DNA of 64,000 bases from Candidatus Zixiibacteriota bacterium (GTDB taxonomy: Bacteria > Zixibacteria > MSB-5A5 > GN15 > FEB-12), in the NCBI GenBank assembly GCA_022571845.1, contig JACZXB010000002.1, positions 43,979 to 107,978 on the forward strand. Direction: 5' to 3'. Positions 9,447 through 18,669 of the stretch are shown here, one piece after another (the first letter of the stretch is position 1; every line of letters starts with the position of its first letter). The position numbers were made by a program, and so were the translations under genes. The notes beneath the pieces are model-generated. The model did no database searches and was not told where the DNA came from. It saw only the letters and a program-made list of their open reading frames with translations.

Positions 9447-10298
9447 ATGAGTATTGTCCAAAAAGTATCCCGCAACTATTTTGCAATGTCAGAGCCGTAT
9501 CGGTTTATTTTTTTGTTAATGGTCTTACTTCTGGCAGGATGTTCCGATAAGAAGAGCAAAAGCAATACTGGCAGTTCAATGCCAGCCAGTACCGCTTCAT
9601 CTCATATCTATCAGAACCTTGCTGCTTACAAAGACTGGCAGATATTCCGTCAGAACAATGTAGTTATTATTCACCCACCCAATCATTTGCTTGAGGAAAG
9701 ATTTCCGGAAATGACCAGAGTTTTTTCGGCGCTGAGCAGGAGAGCTTGTGAATTTTTAAATACGACTCCCCCCGACAGCTTAATCTTCTATTTTTATACG
9801 GGGACAGGGCACGCTCACGATGTTACCGGACAGGCTGTCCCATTTTCCGACGGCACGGCTATTCACTTTTGGCTGCCGTCGTTTTATGGCCCGCCGCTGG
9901 TCAAGCATTTATTGTATAAATGGGAAAGCGAATTTCCAAAACATAAATTTCTCTGGCACGGTATTGTGGCCCTTCTGGATGGCTCTAAGCAGAATTATCA
10001 TCGATTTACTCTTGAACATATCGATTCCGGGATTTTTATCCCCTTGAGAGAGTTACTGGTCGATACGACAATAGATGTAAACAGCGAGCGGCTCCAGAGC
10101 GCCGAGGCGGCCTCTCTGGTAGATTACTTGGTTTATATTTATGGAATTGAAAAAGTGCGGGAGATGTATCTCTCAGACGGCGATGTCTATGCTGATTTTG
10201 AAGAAGTATTCAAACTACCCGTTGATAATATAGAAAAGCGCTGGCTTGAGTTTATTGATACGTTTGTGGCGGGAAAGGTGGAGAAAGATGACGGGTAG
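9447..10298 (+). CDS. Hypothetical lipoprotein
   Basis: 283 aa. Lipobox FLLMVLLLAGCSDKK. No motif I recognise. Confidence 0.65.
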   Translation: MSIVQKVSRNYFAMSEPYRFIFLLMVLLLAGCSDKKSKSNTGSSMPASTASSHIYQNLAAYKDWQIFRQNNVVIIHPPNHLLEERFPEMTRVFSALSRRACEFLNTTPPDSLIFYFYTGTGHAHDVTGQAVPFSDGTAIHFWLPSFYGPPLVKHLLYKWESEFPKHKFLWHGIVALLDGSKQNYHRFTLEHIDSGIFIPLRELLVDTTIDVNSERLQSAEAASLVDYLVYIYGIEKVREMYLSDGDVYADFEEVFKLPVDNIEKRWLEFIDTFVAGKVEKDDG

Positions 10299-10313
10299 TT
10301 ATCGGCTGCCCTG

Positions 10314-10458
10314 CTTCGAGTTCCTCGACAGCGCTTCGGGACTTTGTCCGCTCAGCATGAAGCAGTTTGAGCAAGCTTATCAAAACATTTGCGAATTGCG
10401 ACACGTTGAGCTTGACTGTCCTGCGTGGAGTCAAAACGTCACACTGAGCTTGTCGAAG
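10314..10458. repeat. Dispersed nested-hairpin intergenic repeat, copy 1
   Basis: Core cttcgagttcctcgacagcgcttcGGGACTTTGTCCGCTCAGcatga. Outer arms cttcga/tcgaag and inner arms gctcag/ctgagc. Related to the copies at 29538 and 40637. It sits between convergent genes. Confidence 0.6.
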
Positions 10459-10493
10459 TGAGAAGCTTTGCCAGCCAACTCAACTACTTTACT

Positions 10494-10534
10494 AAAAAAA
10501 ATGCCGGTTGCCTTTCAAAAAAGACAACCGGCAA
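10494..10534 (-). terminator. Rho-independent terminator of the 10577..11029 gene
   Basis: Stem tgccggttg / caaccggca, followed on the minus strand by a T-run (A-run 10494..10501 on plus). Confidence 0.6.
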
Positions 10535-10576
10535 TCGAATTTGATCAACCTATTTTTAAATAGCTTAATCTAAAAC

Positions 10577-11029
10577 TTAGCCAACAGGCTGATGTGGCTG
10601 CTGCTGTTCAGGCGCAGTTGAATAAGCGGGCGGAGTACCGGCGCCACCATGGCCTTTACCCCAGGCCAGCACACCAAAAGCGATAAAGTTGATGAAAGGG
10701 ATGATAGCCAAAAATCCCCAAATGCTAGCATGGCCGCATTTCTTGGCAACTTCAATCCACATCATGGTATAGATTACTATGTTGACCAGCGGTACAAAGA
10801 GCAGCACACACCACCACAACGGTTTTCTGGCCATTTGGCAAAGTAGAACGATATTGACTATCGGAATGAATGCCAAATAAGCGTTGCTTTCATTGCCACA
10901 TTTTTTGGCGCATACAAATAGGGTGTATGAAAGATAAACGTAGATAGCAACTGTAAAGACCCAGAAAAACATTCCCAGAGCTTCAATCATGCCTGCATCG
11001 ACACCCATTGGAATTTCACTTTCGTACAT
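10577..11029 (-). CDS. Small integral membrane protein (DUF5684-like, from memory) with Pro/Gln-rich tail
   Basis: 150 aa with 3-4 hydrophobic helices. Recurring FIPIVNIVLL / FVPLVNIVIY / IIPFINFIAF motif. Confidence 0.6.
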   Translation of the reverse strand: MYESEIPMGVDAGMIEALGMFFWVFTVAIYVYLSYTLFVCAKKCGNESNAYLAFIPIVNIVLLCQMARKPLWWCVLLFVPLVNIVIYTMMWIEVAKKCGHASIWGFLAIIPFINFIAFGVLAWGKGHGGAGTPPAYSTAPEQQQPHQPVG

Positions 11030-11235
11030 TTAAGTACCTCCCACAGTTAAAAAAAATGAATTTATGATCCGATTGAACAACAGCTTTATTATCGGCGGAT
11101 TAAACCACTTTCTTTACGATTTATTTGTCCCCGTAAGAGACTGCCAGACAAGAATATCGTTGGTTTCATTTGGCGCAAAAGTCAGCTTTTTCGCCGGTAT
11201 CTCTGTTGTTGAAGTTTACAGATTTCTGACTTAGT

Positions 11236-12414
11236 TTGCGCGCTATGAATTTGCAAAATTCAAAGATTAGTCAGGCTAAAGAACTGCTCAAAGAACTGGG
11301 GATTGATATCTGGGTTGTTTTTGTTCGAGAGACCTCAATGATGGCAGACCCGGTACTTTCGTTAGTGGTTGGACACGGAGTTACCTGGCAATCTTTTTTT
11401 GTCTACACAGCCGCTGGTCAAAGCATTGCTCTTGTTGGAAGTTTCGATAAAGACAATTTTGTACGTTCAGGCTGTTTCGATAAAGTCCTGACCTATACTC
11501 AAAGTGTCAAAGAACAGTTTGTCGATTTGATAACTGAGCAAGACCCGCAAAAGATAGCCCTTAATTATTCGACCAGCGACAGTGCTGCTGACGGACTAAC
11601 ACACGGCATGTTCATGCTCGTTAGCGAATATCTTGAGCGAACGCCTTATCATAACAGAATCATCTCCGCGGAAGAAATAGTTTCTAAACTCCGCAGCCGC
11701 AAACTGCCGCAGGAAATAACTCTGCTAAAGAAAGCTGCGGAGATTGCATCGGAAGTCTGGGAAGAAGCTTCTGACGAAATCAAAACAGGCCTGACTGAAA
11801 AAGAAGCAGCAGCAATTATCGACAACAAAATTAAAGACAGAGGCTGCACAAATTCATTCGATACTTTAGTGAACGCCGGTGACAAAACCGAACCGGGGCA
11901 TGGTCTGCCGACAGATGCAAAAATCGAAAAGGGTGATCTGGTTCATATAGATTTCGGCGTGATTTATCAGAAATTTTGTTCTGATATCCAAAGGCTTCTC
12001 TATTTCAATCGCCCAAATGAAAGTTCACCTCCAGCAGAATTATTGGATGCATTCACCACAGTTCGAGATATCATAACTGAGACAGCTAAAGAATGTCGTC
12101 CGGGGAAGAAGGGTTATGAAATAGACCAAATGGCCAGAAAAATATTGACTGACCATGGTTATCCCGAATACGAACATGCCCTGGGGCATCAGCTGGGTCG
12201 AAACGTTCACGATGGCGGCGCTATACTCGGTCCCAAATGGGAGCGTTATGGCATAACTCCCCAAATGCCGCTTGAAGAAAATAACGTTTTTACTCTGGAG
12301 CTTGAAATAATTCTGCCGGGAATTGGTTGTGTCGGTCTGGAAGAAAATATGTGTATAACAAATGAAGGTGCAGAGTTTTTATGCGAACGTCAGAAGGAGC
12401 TAATCGTTAGATGA
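11236..12414 (+). CDS. M24-family metallopeptidase (Xaa-Pro aminopeptidase-like)
   Basis: 392 aa. Creatinase-like N-domain, then pita-bread motifs DLVHIDFGV, EHALGHQLGRNVHDGG, TLELEI, GLEENMCIT. The ATG at 11245 is an alternative start. Confidence 0.75.
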   Translation: MRAMNLQNSKISQAKELLKELGIDIWVVFVRETSMMADPVLSLVVGHGVTWQSFFVYTAAGQSIALVGSFDKDNFVRSGCFDKVLTYTQSVKEQFVDLITEQDPQKIALNYSTSDSAADGLTHGMFMLVSEYLERTPYHNRIISAEEIVSKLRSRKLPQEITLLKKAAEIASEVWEEASDEIKTGLTEKEAAAIIDNKIKDRGCTNSFDTLVNAGDKTEPGHGLPTDAKIEKGDLVHIDFGVIYQKFCSDIQRLLYFNRPNESSPPAELLDAFTTVRDIITETAKECRPGKKGYEIDQMARKILTDHGYPEYEHALGHQLGRNVHDGGAILGPKWERYGITPQMPLEENNVFTLELEIILPGIGCVGLEENMCITNEGAEFLCERQKELIVR

Positions 12415-12730
12415 GGAAGTTAGTGTTGCCGGCTCTGTTTGCATTGCTGTTGTTTTAGTTCAACGGTGCAGTGTAAAAGGTGAGCCATCGGAAATCAGAT
12501 CCATATTTCAAGAGATTAAGCCGAACTCCGACACTAATAGGCTGTCTGTATCATCCGGCGACTGGATTAGACTCTATAGGGCCGAAGGCGCCTCGGCTTT
12601 GGTCAAAGTTTTGGGCTTTTCGGGCAGCGGAGATGACCGCAATATACGGATTTATTACGCCGATTTGCCCCTCAAAGACGAAATGCTGTTATAGGCTGCT
12701 AAAAGTTTTTGTCAGACCGGCTCTAGTGCC

Positions 12731-12758
12731 TTGACAGATTCTTAATAGATTGTATTTT
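12731..12758 (+). promoter_or_regulatory. Putative sigma70-type promoter (TTGACA-16-TATTTT)
   Basis: TTGACA at 12731..12736 and TATTTT at 12753..12758, about 95 nt upstream of the S8 protease ATG. Confidence 0.3.
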
Positions 12759-12851
12759 TTAGGTTAGAAAAGAAGATACAGTCTGAAAATTGTCGTTTTA
12801 CTTGGTTTGCCTGCCAATTTATACTTCAGTTTTACGGGCAGCAGTAGTTAT

Positions 12852-15800
12852 ATGAACAAGACTTTTAAGATACTCAAAGCCTCAGCAATTATTTGTCTGA
12901 TAATCCTGATTTGCTTCAAAGATTCATACTCAATTGATAGTTCTCAGCCAATCAAAGGCCAGTTTATTGTCAGACTAAAAGAAAACTTCAAACCTGATAT
13001 TGTTCAACAATCTCTTACGACAGGACTGAATATCAAAAAAATATCTGTAGCCGCAATGACCGGTAATCTCAATGGACAGGAGATTTGGGATAGAGTTTTC
13101 ATAATTAGCGATTCCACTGCTACGCAAAGCCTGTCTGATATCCGTCTGGCAATCGGCACTGACAATATTGAATATATTGAAGAAGTTTACCCGCTGGAGT
13201 TTTTTGACTTTCCTGCAGATTCGCTTTTTTCTCAGCAATGGTACTTGCATAACAGCGGGCAGGAATATTTCGGTATCAAAAGAATCGAAGGATTTGAAAA
13301 CGACAGCTTAATCTTAAAAAGAGGAACACCTGGTAACGACATTAATCTAAATCTATTCTACAATAACCCGCCGGCTGTTTCCACTAAAGTAGTAGTAGCC
13401 ATAGTTGATACTGGCGTCGACAGCGACCATCCGGAGCTGACCCAAAATATCTGGAACAATCCCGATGAGATCCCAGAGAATAATATCGACGATGACCACA
13501 ACGGCTTCGTAGATGACATAATCGGTTACGATGTATCGGGAGATTTTATATCATTTACCGAACCCGTCGGTGACAATGACCCCTCGGATGAAGTTGGTCA
13601 CGGTACACATGTCGCAGGAATAATCGGCTCGCAAGAAAACGGTTTTGGAATTGTTGGCATAGCGCCTGACGTAGAAATAATGGCAGTCAAGATACGTCCT
13701 AATGCCACCACTGCAGTCGGGGCGGCAGGAATAATCTATGCGGTTATTGCCGGAGCAAAAGTAATAAATATCAGCTGGGGGACACCTTTTGAATCCGGCG
13801 TATTGCGTGATGCCCTGAAATTCGCCCGCGATAATCAACTGTTTGTAAGCATTGCCGCAGGAAACACAGGTGATAATCAAAGATTTTATCCGGCCGCTTT
13901 TGACTCATCTTTTACTGTCGGCGCCGGAAACTCAAGAGGCTACCTGACCGATTTTTCTACCTACGGCGCCCATGTTGATATTGTTGCGCCGGGAGAGGAC
14001 ATTCTTTCGCTGCGAGCCAGCGGCACTGATATGTACCGCGTCACAGGCGAGCCGGGAGTAAGAATCATTGGAGCAGATTCTCTTTATTATCTCTCAGACG
14101 GAACTTCAATGGCGGCTCCTATGGTGGCCGGTGCGGCGGCTTTGATCTGGTCCATCCGCCCTGACTTGAATCTGAGCCAACTCGAACAAATAATCCGGAT
14201 GGGCGCCGATGATATGCTCGATCCGTTAAACAACGGCGATACGTTGGCCGGACCAGACAGTCTTTCGGGTTATGGTTATCTGAACATAGCAGCCTCGTAT
14301 GATCTGATTCTGAACGGAGGATTGCGGTTTACTAAACCAATTCTGAGAGACCGTCTGACCGCTCAATTTGAAATCGTAATTACCACTGTCAGCGGCTACA
14401 GCGGAGAATGGCTGCTTGAATATAAGTTTCAAGAAAGCAGTCTTGACTGGCAGTATCTTGCAGACGGCGAAATATTAAATTTTGACTCAGTTAGTAGCAT
14501 CTTCTCAAGCAACGAGCTTAGCGGAAATCTGTTACTAAAAGTTACCGACAAATTCGGCAGCAGTAGCAGCCTGTCAGTAGTCTATGTCCGTGAAAATAAA
14601 ATAGAGATTGTCAGCCCAGTCAACGGACAGGAACTTAAATATTCAACACCGATAATTGGCTCGGCCTATGGTCTCGGTTTTGATTCGATGGCAATATTTT
14701 CTCGAAATGAATCGGAGACATTAAAAAAGCTCAGTTCATCAAGCGGTGAATACTTTGACTCTTTATTGTACAATTGGGCAGTCTCTGGTATTGATACCGG
14801 GAATTTCAAAATATATCTCTATGGTTACTATAGTGATTCAATAATCGCTGACTCTGTCAGTGTTCATGTCGAATCCGCATTTGCAGCAGGCTGGCCGGCA
14901 AAATATAGGGGGATAGGGGCGATATCACCGGCAGTGGCAGATATAAACGGTGACGGCAATAAAGAATTAGTTATTGGAACGACAAATGGCTTAGCTGTCT
15001 TCACGCATGACGGCAGGTCGTTGCCCAATTTCCCGGTGCTGCTTGGTATCAATATGCGTTCTGTGCCGGCACTTTACGATATCGATCATGACGGTCTTCC
15101 TGAGATTATCTGCACTAATGCCTCAGGTATCCATGTTTTCAATCACGATGGCTCATATGCCGAGGGCTGGCCGGTTGAATGTTACACCGGAAGAATTCCG
15201 TTCGGCTATGGTTATCCCAATCCTACCATCGCCGCTCTGGGCGACGGGCAGGATTCGGTAATAATGATAATTAATAAACACGGCGATATATTGGCTTACA
15301 ATTTTGACGGGAGTTCATACTTCAGCGCACTTGATGGTCTCTTCGGTTCGTTTAACCCGCGAGTGACAGACTTTCTTTCGTTCGGAGGGCAGACTTCGCC
15401 ATTTGTCACTACCGCCGACGTTAACGGCGATGGACTTTTCGATGTTGTCGGCGGTTACTCTATCTTGACATTCCCCTATGAAGGGATCGGTTTGTTTGAG
15501 TCTACGACAGGCAGACCTTTAGGTGGAAGAGAAGATGAAGTCGTGGCGCACTTTCCTACAGTATTGGGGACAGTCCTTGCGGATCTGAACAATGACGGCA
15601 ATCCGGAAATAATAGCAACCGGCATCGACTCCAGCGGTATTCCTGCAATCTGGGCAGTCGAAAACGGTACAGAAATTGTCAGCGGCTTTCCTGTTTATAT
15701 GCCTGCACTCAAAGGCTGGATAGGTTCTTATCCGGTGGTGGCCGATTTAGATTTGGACGGCCGCCCTGAGATACTCTGCACTTTTTTTGAGTTCGATATT

Positions 15801-16556
15801 GGAGCCTTGTACATTTTTAATGCTGATGGCTCGCCGTATCTGGGCCCGGGGGACAGACCTGCCGGACAGGCTGTAATCGAGCCGGTGACATTCGGAACAG
15901 CGGTGGTGGCAAACTTGACCGGTGACAGGCATCCGGAAATTGTAATCAGAGGCGGTCATATTCTCCCCGGTACCGGCACCGAGCAGGTGTTCATCTACGA
16001 CTACGAACTTCGCCCCATCAAAGACTGGCCCAACCCAACTCCAGCCAGACCATCGACTGTCTTTTCTTCCCGGTACTCACCGCTTATCGATGATCTGGAT
16101 AATGACGGCAAGGTTGAGCTTATACTAATCAGCGACGCCAACGAAATGCTTGTCTGGGATTTTGATGCCTCTTCAAACAATGGAAATAATACAGGACGGT
16201 TTTTGGTGGATAACCGCAACAGCGGCACAGTTATATTAAACGGGATTGCCACAGATATCGATATCAAAGATGACGATCCTTCGCCGCTGCCGGTTCGGTT
16301 CACGTTAAAGCAAAATTATCCCAATCCCTTTAATCCTCAGACAACTTTTACTTTCTCGCTGCCTGTCGCTGCCCACGCTAATTTGAGTATCTACAACATA
16401 TTGGGACAGAAAGTTGTTACAGTTCTCGATGAAAAAGTTTCAGCAGGTGAGCATTCGATCAGCTTTGATGCTTCCGATTTGCCGACCGGGATATACTTTT
16501 ACCGCCTTTCTACAGAAAACGCGACAAGCACTAAAAAGATGGTGCTGATAAAATGA
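12852..16556 (+). CDS. Secreted subtilisin-like S8 serine protease + FG-GAP/VCBS beta-propeller region + T9SS C-terminal sorting domain
   Basis: Catalytic triad contexts VAIVDTGVD, HGTHVAGII, GTSMAAPMVAGAAA. At least 7 FG-GAP-like repeats (ADINGDGNKELVIG, YDIDHDGLPEIICT, ADLNNDGNPEIIATG, DDLDNDGKVELILIS). Signal peptide follows the Met at 12852. Confidence 0.9.
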   Translation: MNKTFKILKASAIICLIILICFKDSYSIDSSQPIKGQFIVRLKENFKPDIVQQSLTTGLNIKKISVAAMTGNLNGQEIWDRVFIISDSTATQSLSDIRLAIGTDNIEYIEEVYPLEFFDFPADSLFSQQWYLHNSGQEYFGIKRIEGFENDSLILKRGTPGNDINLNLFYNNPPAVSTKVVVAIVDTGVDSDHPELTQNIWNNPDEIPENNIDDDHNGFVDDIIGYDVSGDFISFTEPVGDNDPSDEVGHGTHVAGIIGSQENGFGIVGIAPDVEIMAVKIRPNATTAVGAAGIIYAVIAGAKVINISWGTPFESGVLRDALKFARDNQLFVSIAAGNTGDNQRFYPAAFDSSFTVGAGNSRGYLTDFSTYGAHVDIVAPGEDILSLRASGTDMYRVTGEPGVRIIGADSLYYLSDGTSMAAPMVAGAAALIWSIRPDLNLSQLEQIIRMGADDMLDPLNNGDTLAGPDSLSGYGYLNIAASYDLILNGGLRFTKPILRDRLTAQFEIVITTVSGYSGEWLLEYKFQESSLDWQYLADGEILNFDSVSSIFSSNELSGNLLLKVTDKFGSSSSLSVVYVRENKIEIVSPVNGQELKYSTPIIGSAYGLGFDSMAIFSRNESETLKKLSSSSGEYFDSLLYNWAVSGIDTGNFKIYLYGYYSDSIIADSVSVHVESAFAAGWPAKYRGIGAISPAVADINGDGNKELVIGTTNGLAVFTHDGRSLPNFPVLLGINMRSVPALYDIDHDGLPEIICTNASGIHVFNHDGSYAEGWPVECYTGRIPFGYGYPNPTIAALGDGQDSVIMIINKHGDILAYNFDGSSYFSALDGLFGSFNPRVTDFLSFGGQTSPFVTTADVNGDGLFDVVGGYSILTFPYEGIGLFESTTGRPLGGREDEVVAHFPTVLGTVLADLNNDGNPEIIATGIDSSGIPAIWAVENGTEIVSGFPVYMPALKGWIGSYPVVADLDLDGRPEILCTFFEFDIGALYIFNADGSPYLGPGDRPAGQAVIEPVTFGTAVVANLTGDRHPEIVIRGGHILPGTGTEQVFIYDYELRPIKDWPNPTPARPSTVFSSRYSPLIDDLDNDGKVELILISDANEMLVWDFDASSNNGNNTGRFLVDNRNSGTVILNGIATDIDIKDDDPSPLPVRFTLKQNYPNPFNPQTTFTFSLPVAAHANLSIYNILGQKVVTVLDEKVSAGEHSISFDASDLPTGIYFYRLSTENATSTKKMVLIK
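16299..16556 (+). other. T9SS (Por_Secre_tail-type) C-terminal sorting domain
   Basis: NYPNPFNPQTTFTFSLP...LSIYNILGQKV...GIYFYRL...KKMVLIK, at the extreme C-terminus. Confidence 0.85.
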
Positions 16557-18667
16557 AGTTACCTCTAATTTCATGTTGCATTGCATTTCTTTTATGCTTT
16601 TTGCAGACAGGAACTGCTGCAGAAGAGATTGCGGCAAAACATTCTATTCTCTCGAACAGTTTCCTTGAAATAAAAATTGTAGACCAATACCTGATTGGTT
16701 TGTCCCCTAATGGTCTTGCGGTTTTTGCATTTGATTTAAATTCGAATTTGTTCTATCAGGTCAATCAGTTACTTCTATCTGGAACAGTTCGCAATTCAAA
16801 GCTGTTTGAATCAACTCTGGTAGTAAGGTTAGCGGACAACCAATTGAATTTTATTGATTTAAGCAGTATGCCAGAGATTGCTGTCTTGGGTGAAGTTCGT
16901 CCGGATAATAACTACAGCGACTACGCAGTGGTCGGGAATTCACTCTACCTGTCGCATTGGTTTGAGGGTATAGGCGAATATGAAATGACAAATTTCAACG
17001 CACTGAGCCGCCTTAAAACTGACAGCAGTGGCGTACTGATGACCCAGTTGGAATACCATGACGGTTATCTATATGCCCTGGACAGGTACAACGGTGTCAT
17101 TCGATATGACTTGAATGTGGGTTTCGGCAATAATGTGAACAGACTTTTAGTCAAGCAACGACCGTTCGCTTTTACTATAATTGATTCTCTGATATTTGTA
17201 TCCTTGAACAGTCAGGGCTTGTTGATTGGGAGTTTCGAAAATGAAATCGGTAAGGTTATAGATTCTATAGCCGGTGTTGTCAGCCCTGCAAAGATTTTCG
17301 AGACAAATAGCCAGCTAATACTTTTATCCGAGCGAAATGTAAGCATCTTATCAAAAGACGACTATCATCTGATAACCGAATTTCCAATAGACTTCTATCG
17401 TTTGAGTGGAGACTTACTTTTACTAAATGACAAGGAGTTCATGCTGCTGCCCAAAGAAAGCGGGGGAGTAACCCGGTTCTCTTTGGATGGAGAACTAAAT
17501 AGACTAGAGCTCTTAAGCAGGCCCGGCCCGGTTTCTACTTTAATAGTAAATTTCAACAAGATATTTACGGGTGGTACGAACAATTTTCTTGAGTGGTATG
17601 AAATTGGAGAAGCTGGAATTGTCAACTCAGGGATTATTTCTGACAAGTATCCAGGAATAACCGACGCAATCATCCATAGCAGTTATTTGTTTGCCCTGTC
17701 GTCAAACCGTAACGTCGTAGAGATATTTGCACGTGAACAGGAAAGTTATTACCTACTAGACAGTTTTGCCGTTGAAACAGGAAGTCAAACCATTTCTCTG
17801 ATTTCTACCGAGTTGACACCAGACCTAATGGTGATAGTCTCAGGTAAACATTTTATCAGCAAGTATGAGTTATCGGCCGGCGGTTATGAACTTTCCTCAA
17901 ATTGGAATTTTGAAAGCCCCATCAGTTCATATGTTGAAGTGGCTAACCGGCTTTATGTTGCTGACAGGTCCGGTGTCCTTACCGTTTATGAAATTTCAAA
18001 TGATAACTTACTGTCGGAATGTTTTAAGAGGCAGCTAAACGGCACAGCCTGGAAAATTTTGTTTCATAAAAGAAACGCAATGGTCTTTGTTCACAACACT
18101 ATGGCGATTTATGACGGCTGTAATTCTCCGGACAGCTTGATCCAGCTGGCACTACCGGTTCTCGATGCTACAATAATAGCTGACACGTTATATACGGTAG
18201 GAGCCAAAGGGATGGCAGTCTATGATATGACGAGTGGCTATCCGGAACTGGTATATAGCAGCAGTTTACGAGGCAGTCTGATCTCTGCATTCCCTGGGTT
18301 AATCGCTACCACCGATGGTAGTGCACTGCATATATACGAATTGAGATCCGATTCAAGTTCTGTTTCAATCGAACAATCAGAAGAAAACAAGTATGCCAGG
18401 TTGCTGGACAATTACCCGAACCCGTTTAATAATTCTACAGTCATTCAGTATGAACTGACAAAAGAGTCAATCGTGCACCTGACAGTTTTCAATCTGCTGG
18501 GTCAACAGGTAGCCACTCTGGTTAGCTCTCTTAAACCGGCCGGAATGCATACGGTTATCTGGAATGGCAGGGACTTAAATGGAAAAGCAATCGCCAGCGG
18601 TGTTTATTTCTATCGCCTGGAAACAGCAGAAACTGTTCTATCTAAAAAAATGCTGCTGCTTAAATGA
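16553..18667 (+). CDS. Secreted LVIVD-like repeat beta-propeller protein with T9SS C-terminal sorting domain
   Basis: 704 aa. Start overlaps the upstream stop (ATGA). Repeats such as GYLYALDRYNGVIRYDL, NRLYVADRSGVLTVYEI, DTLYTVGAKGMAVYDM. Confidence 0.75.
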   Translation: MKLPLISCCIAFLLCFLQTGTAAEEIAAKHSILSNSFLEIKIVDQYLIGLSPNGLAVFAFDLNSNLFYQVNQLLLSGTVRNSKLFESTLVVRLADNQLNFIDLSSMPEIAVLGEVRPDNNYSDYAVVGNSLYLSHWFEGIGEYEMTNFNALSRLKTDSSGVLMTQLEYHDGYLYALDRYNGVIRYDLNVGFGNNVNRLLVKQRPFAFTIIDSLIFVSLNSQGLLIGSFENEIGKVIDSIAGVVSPAKIFETNSQLILLSERNVSILSKDDYHLITEFPIDFYRLSGDLLLLNDKEFMLLPKESGGVTRFSLDGELNRLELLSRPGPVSTLIVNFNKIFTGGTNNFLEWYEIGEAGIVNSGIISDKYPGITDAIIHSSYLFALSSNRNVVEIFAREQESYYLLDSFAVETGSQTISLISTELTPDLMVIVSGKHFISKYELSAGGYELSSNWNFESPISSYVEVANRLYVADRSGVLTVYEISNDNLLSECFKRQLNGTAWKILFHKRNAMVFVHNTMAIYDGCNSPDSLIQLALPVLDATIIADTLYTVGAKGMAVYDMTSGYPELVYSSSLRGSLISAFPGLIATTDGSALHIYELRSDSSSVSIEQSEENKYARLLDNYPNPFNNSTVIQYELTKESIVHLTVFNLLGQQVATLVSSLKPAGMHTVIWNGRDLNGKAIASGVYFYRLETAETVLSKKMLLLK
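18395..18667 (+). other. T9SS C-terminal sorting domain
   Basis: DNYPNPFNNSTVIQYEL...LTVFNLLGQQV...GVYFYRLETAE...KKMLLLK, at the extreme C-terminus. Confidence 0.85.
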
Positions 18668-18669
18668 AT

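Noticed and set aside
12415-12851. 437-nt ORF-poor gap with an 84-aa GTG-initiated ORF (12480..12734); possible ncRNA or riboswitch
   Set aside because: The ORF translation looks random (Cys/Arg-rich, no motifs). I could not match the region to any RNA family from memory (no tmRNA, SRP, RNase P or 6S hallmarks). Only a weak promoter-like element is reported.
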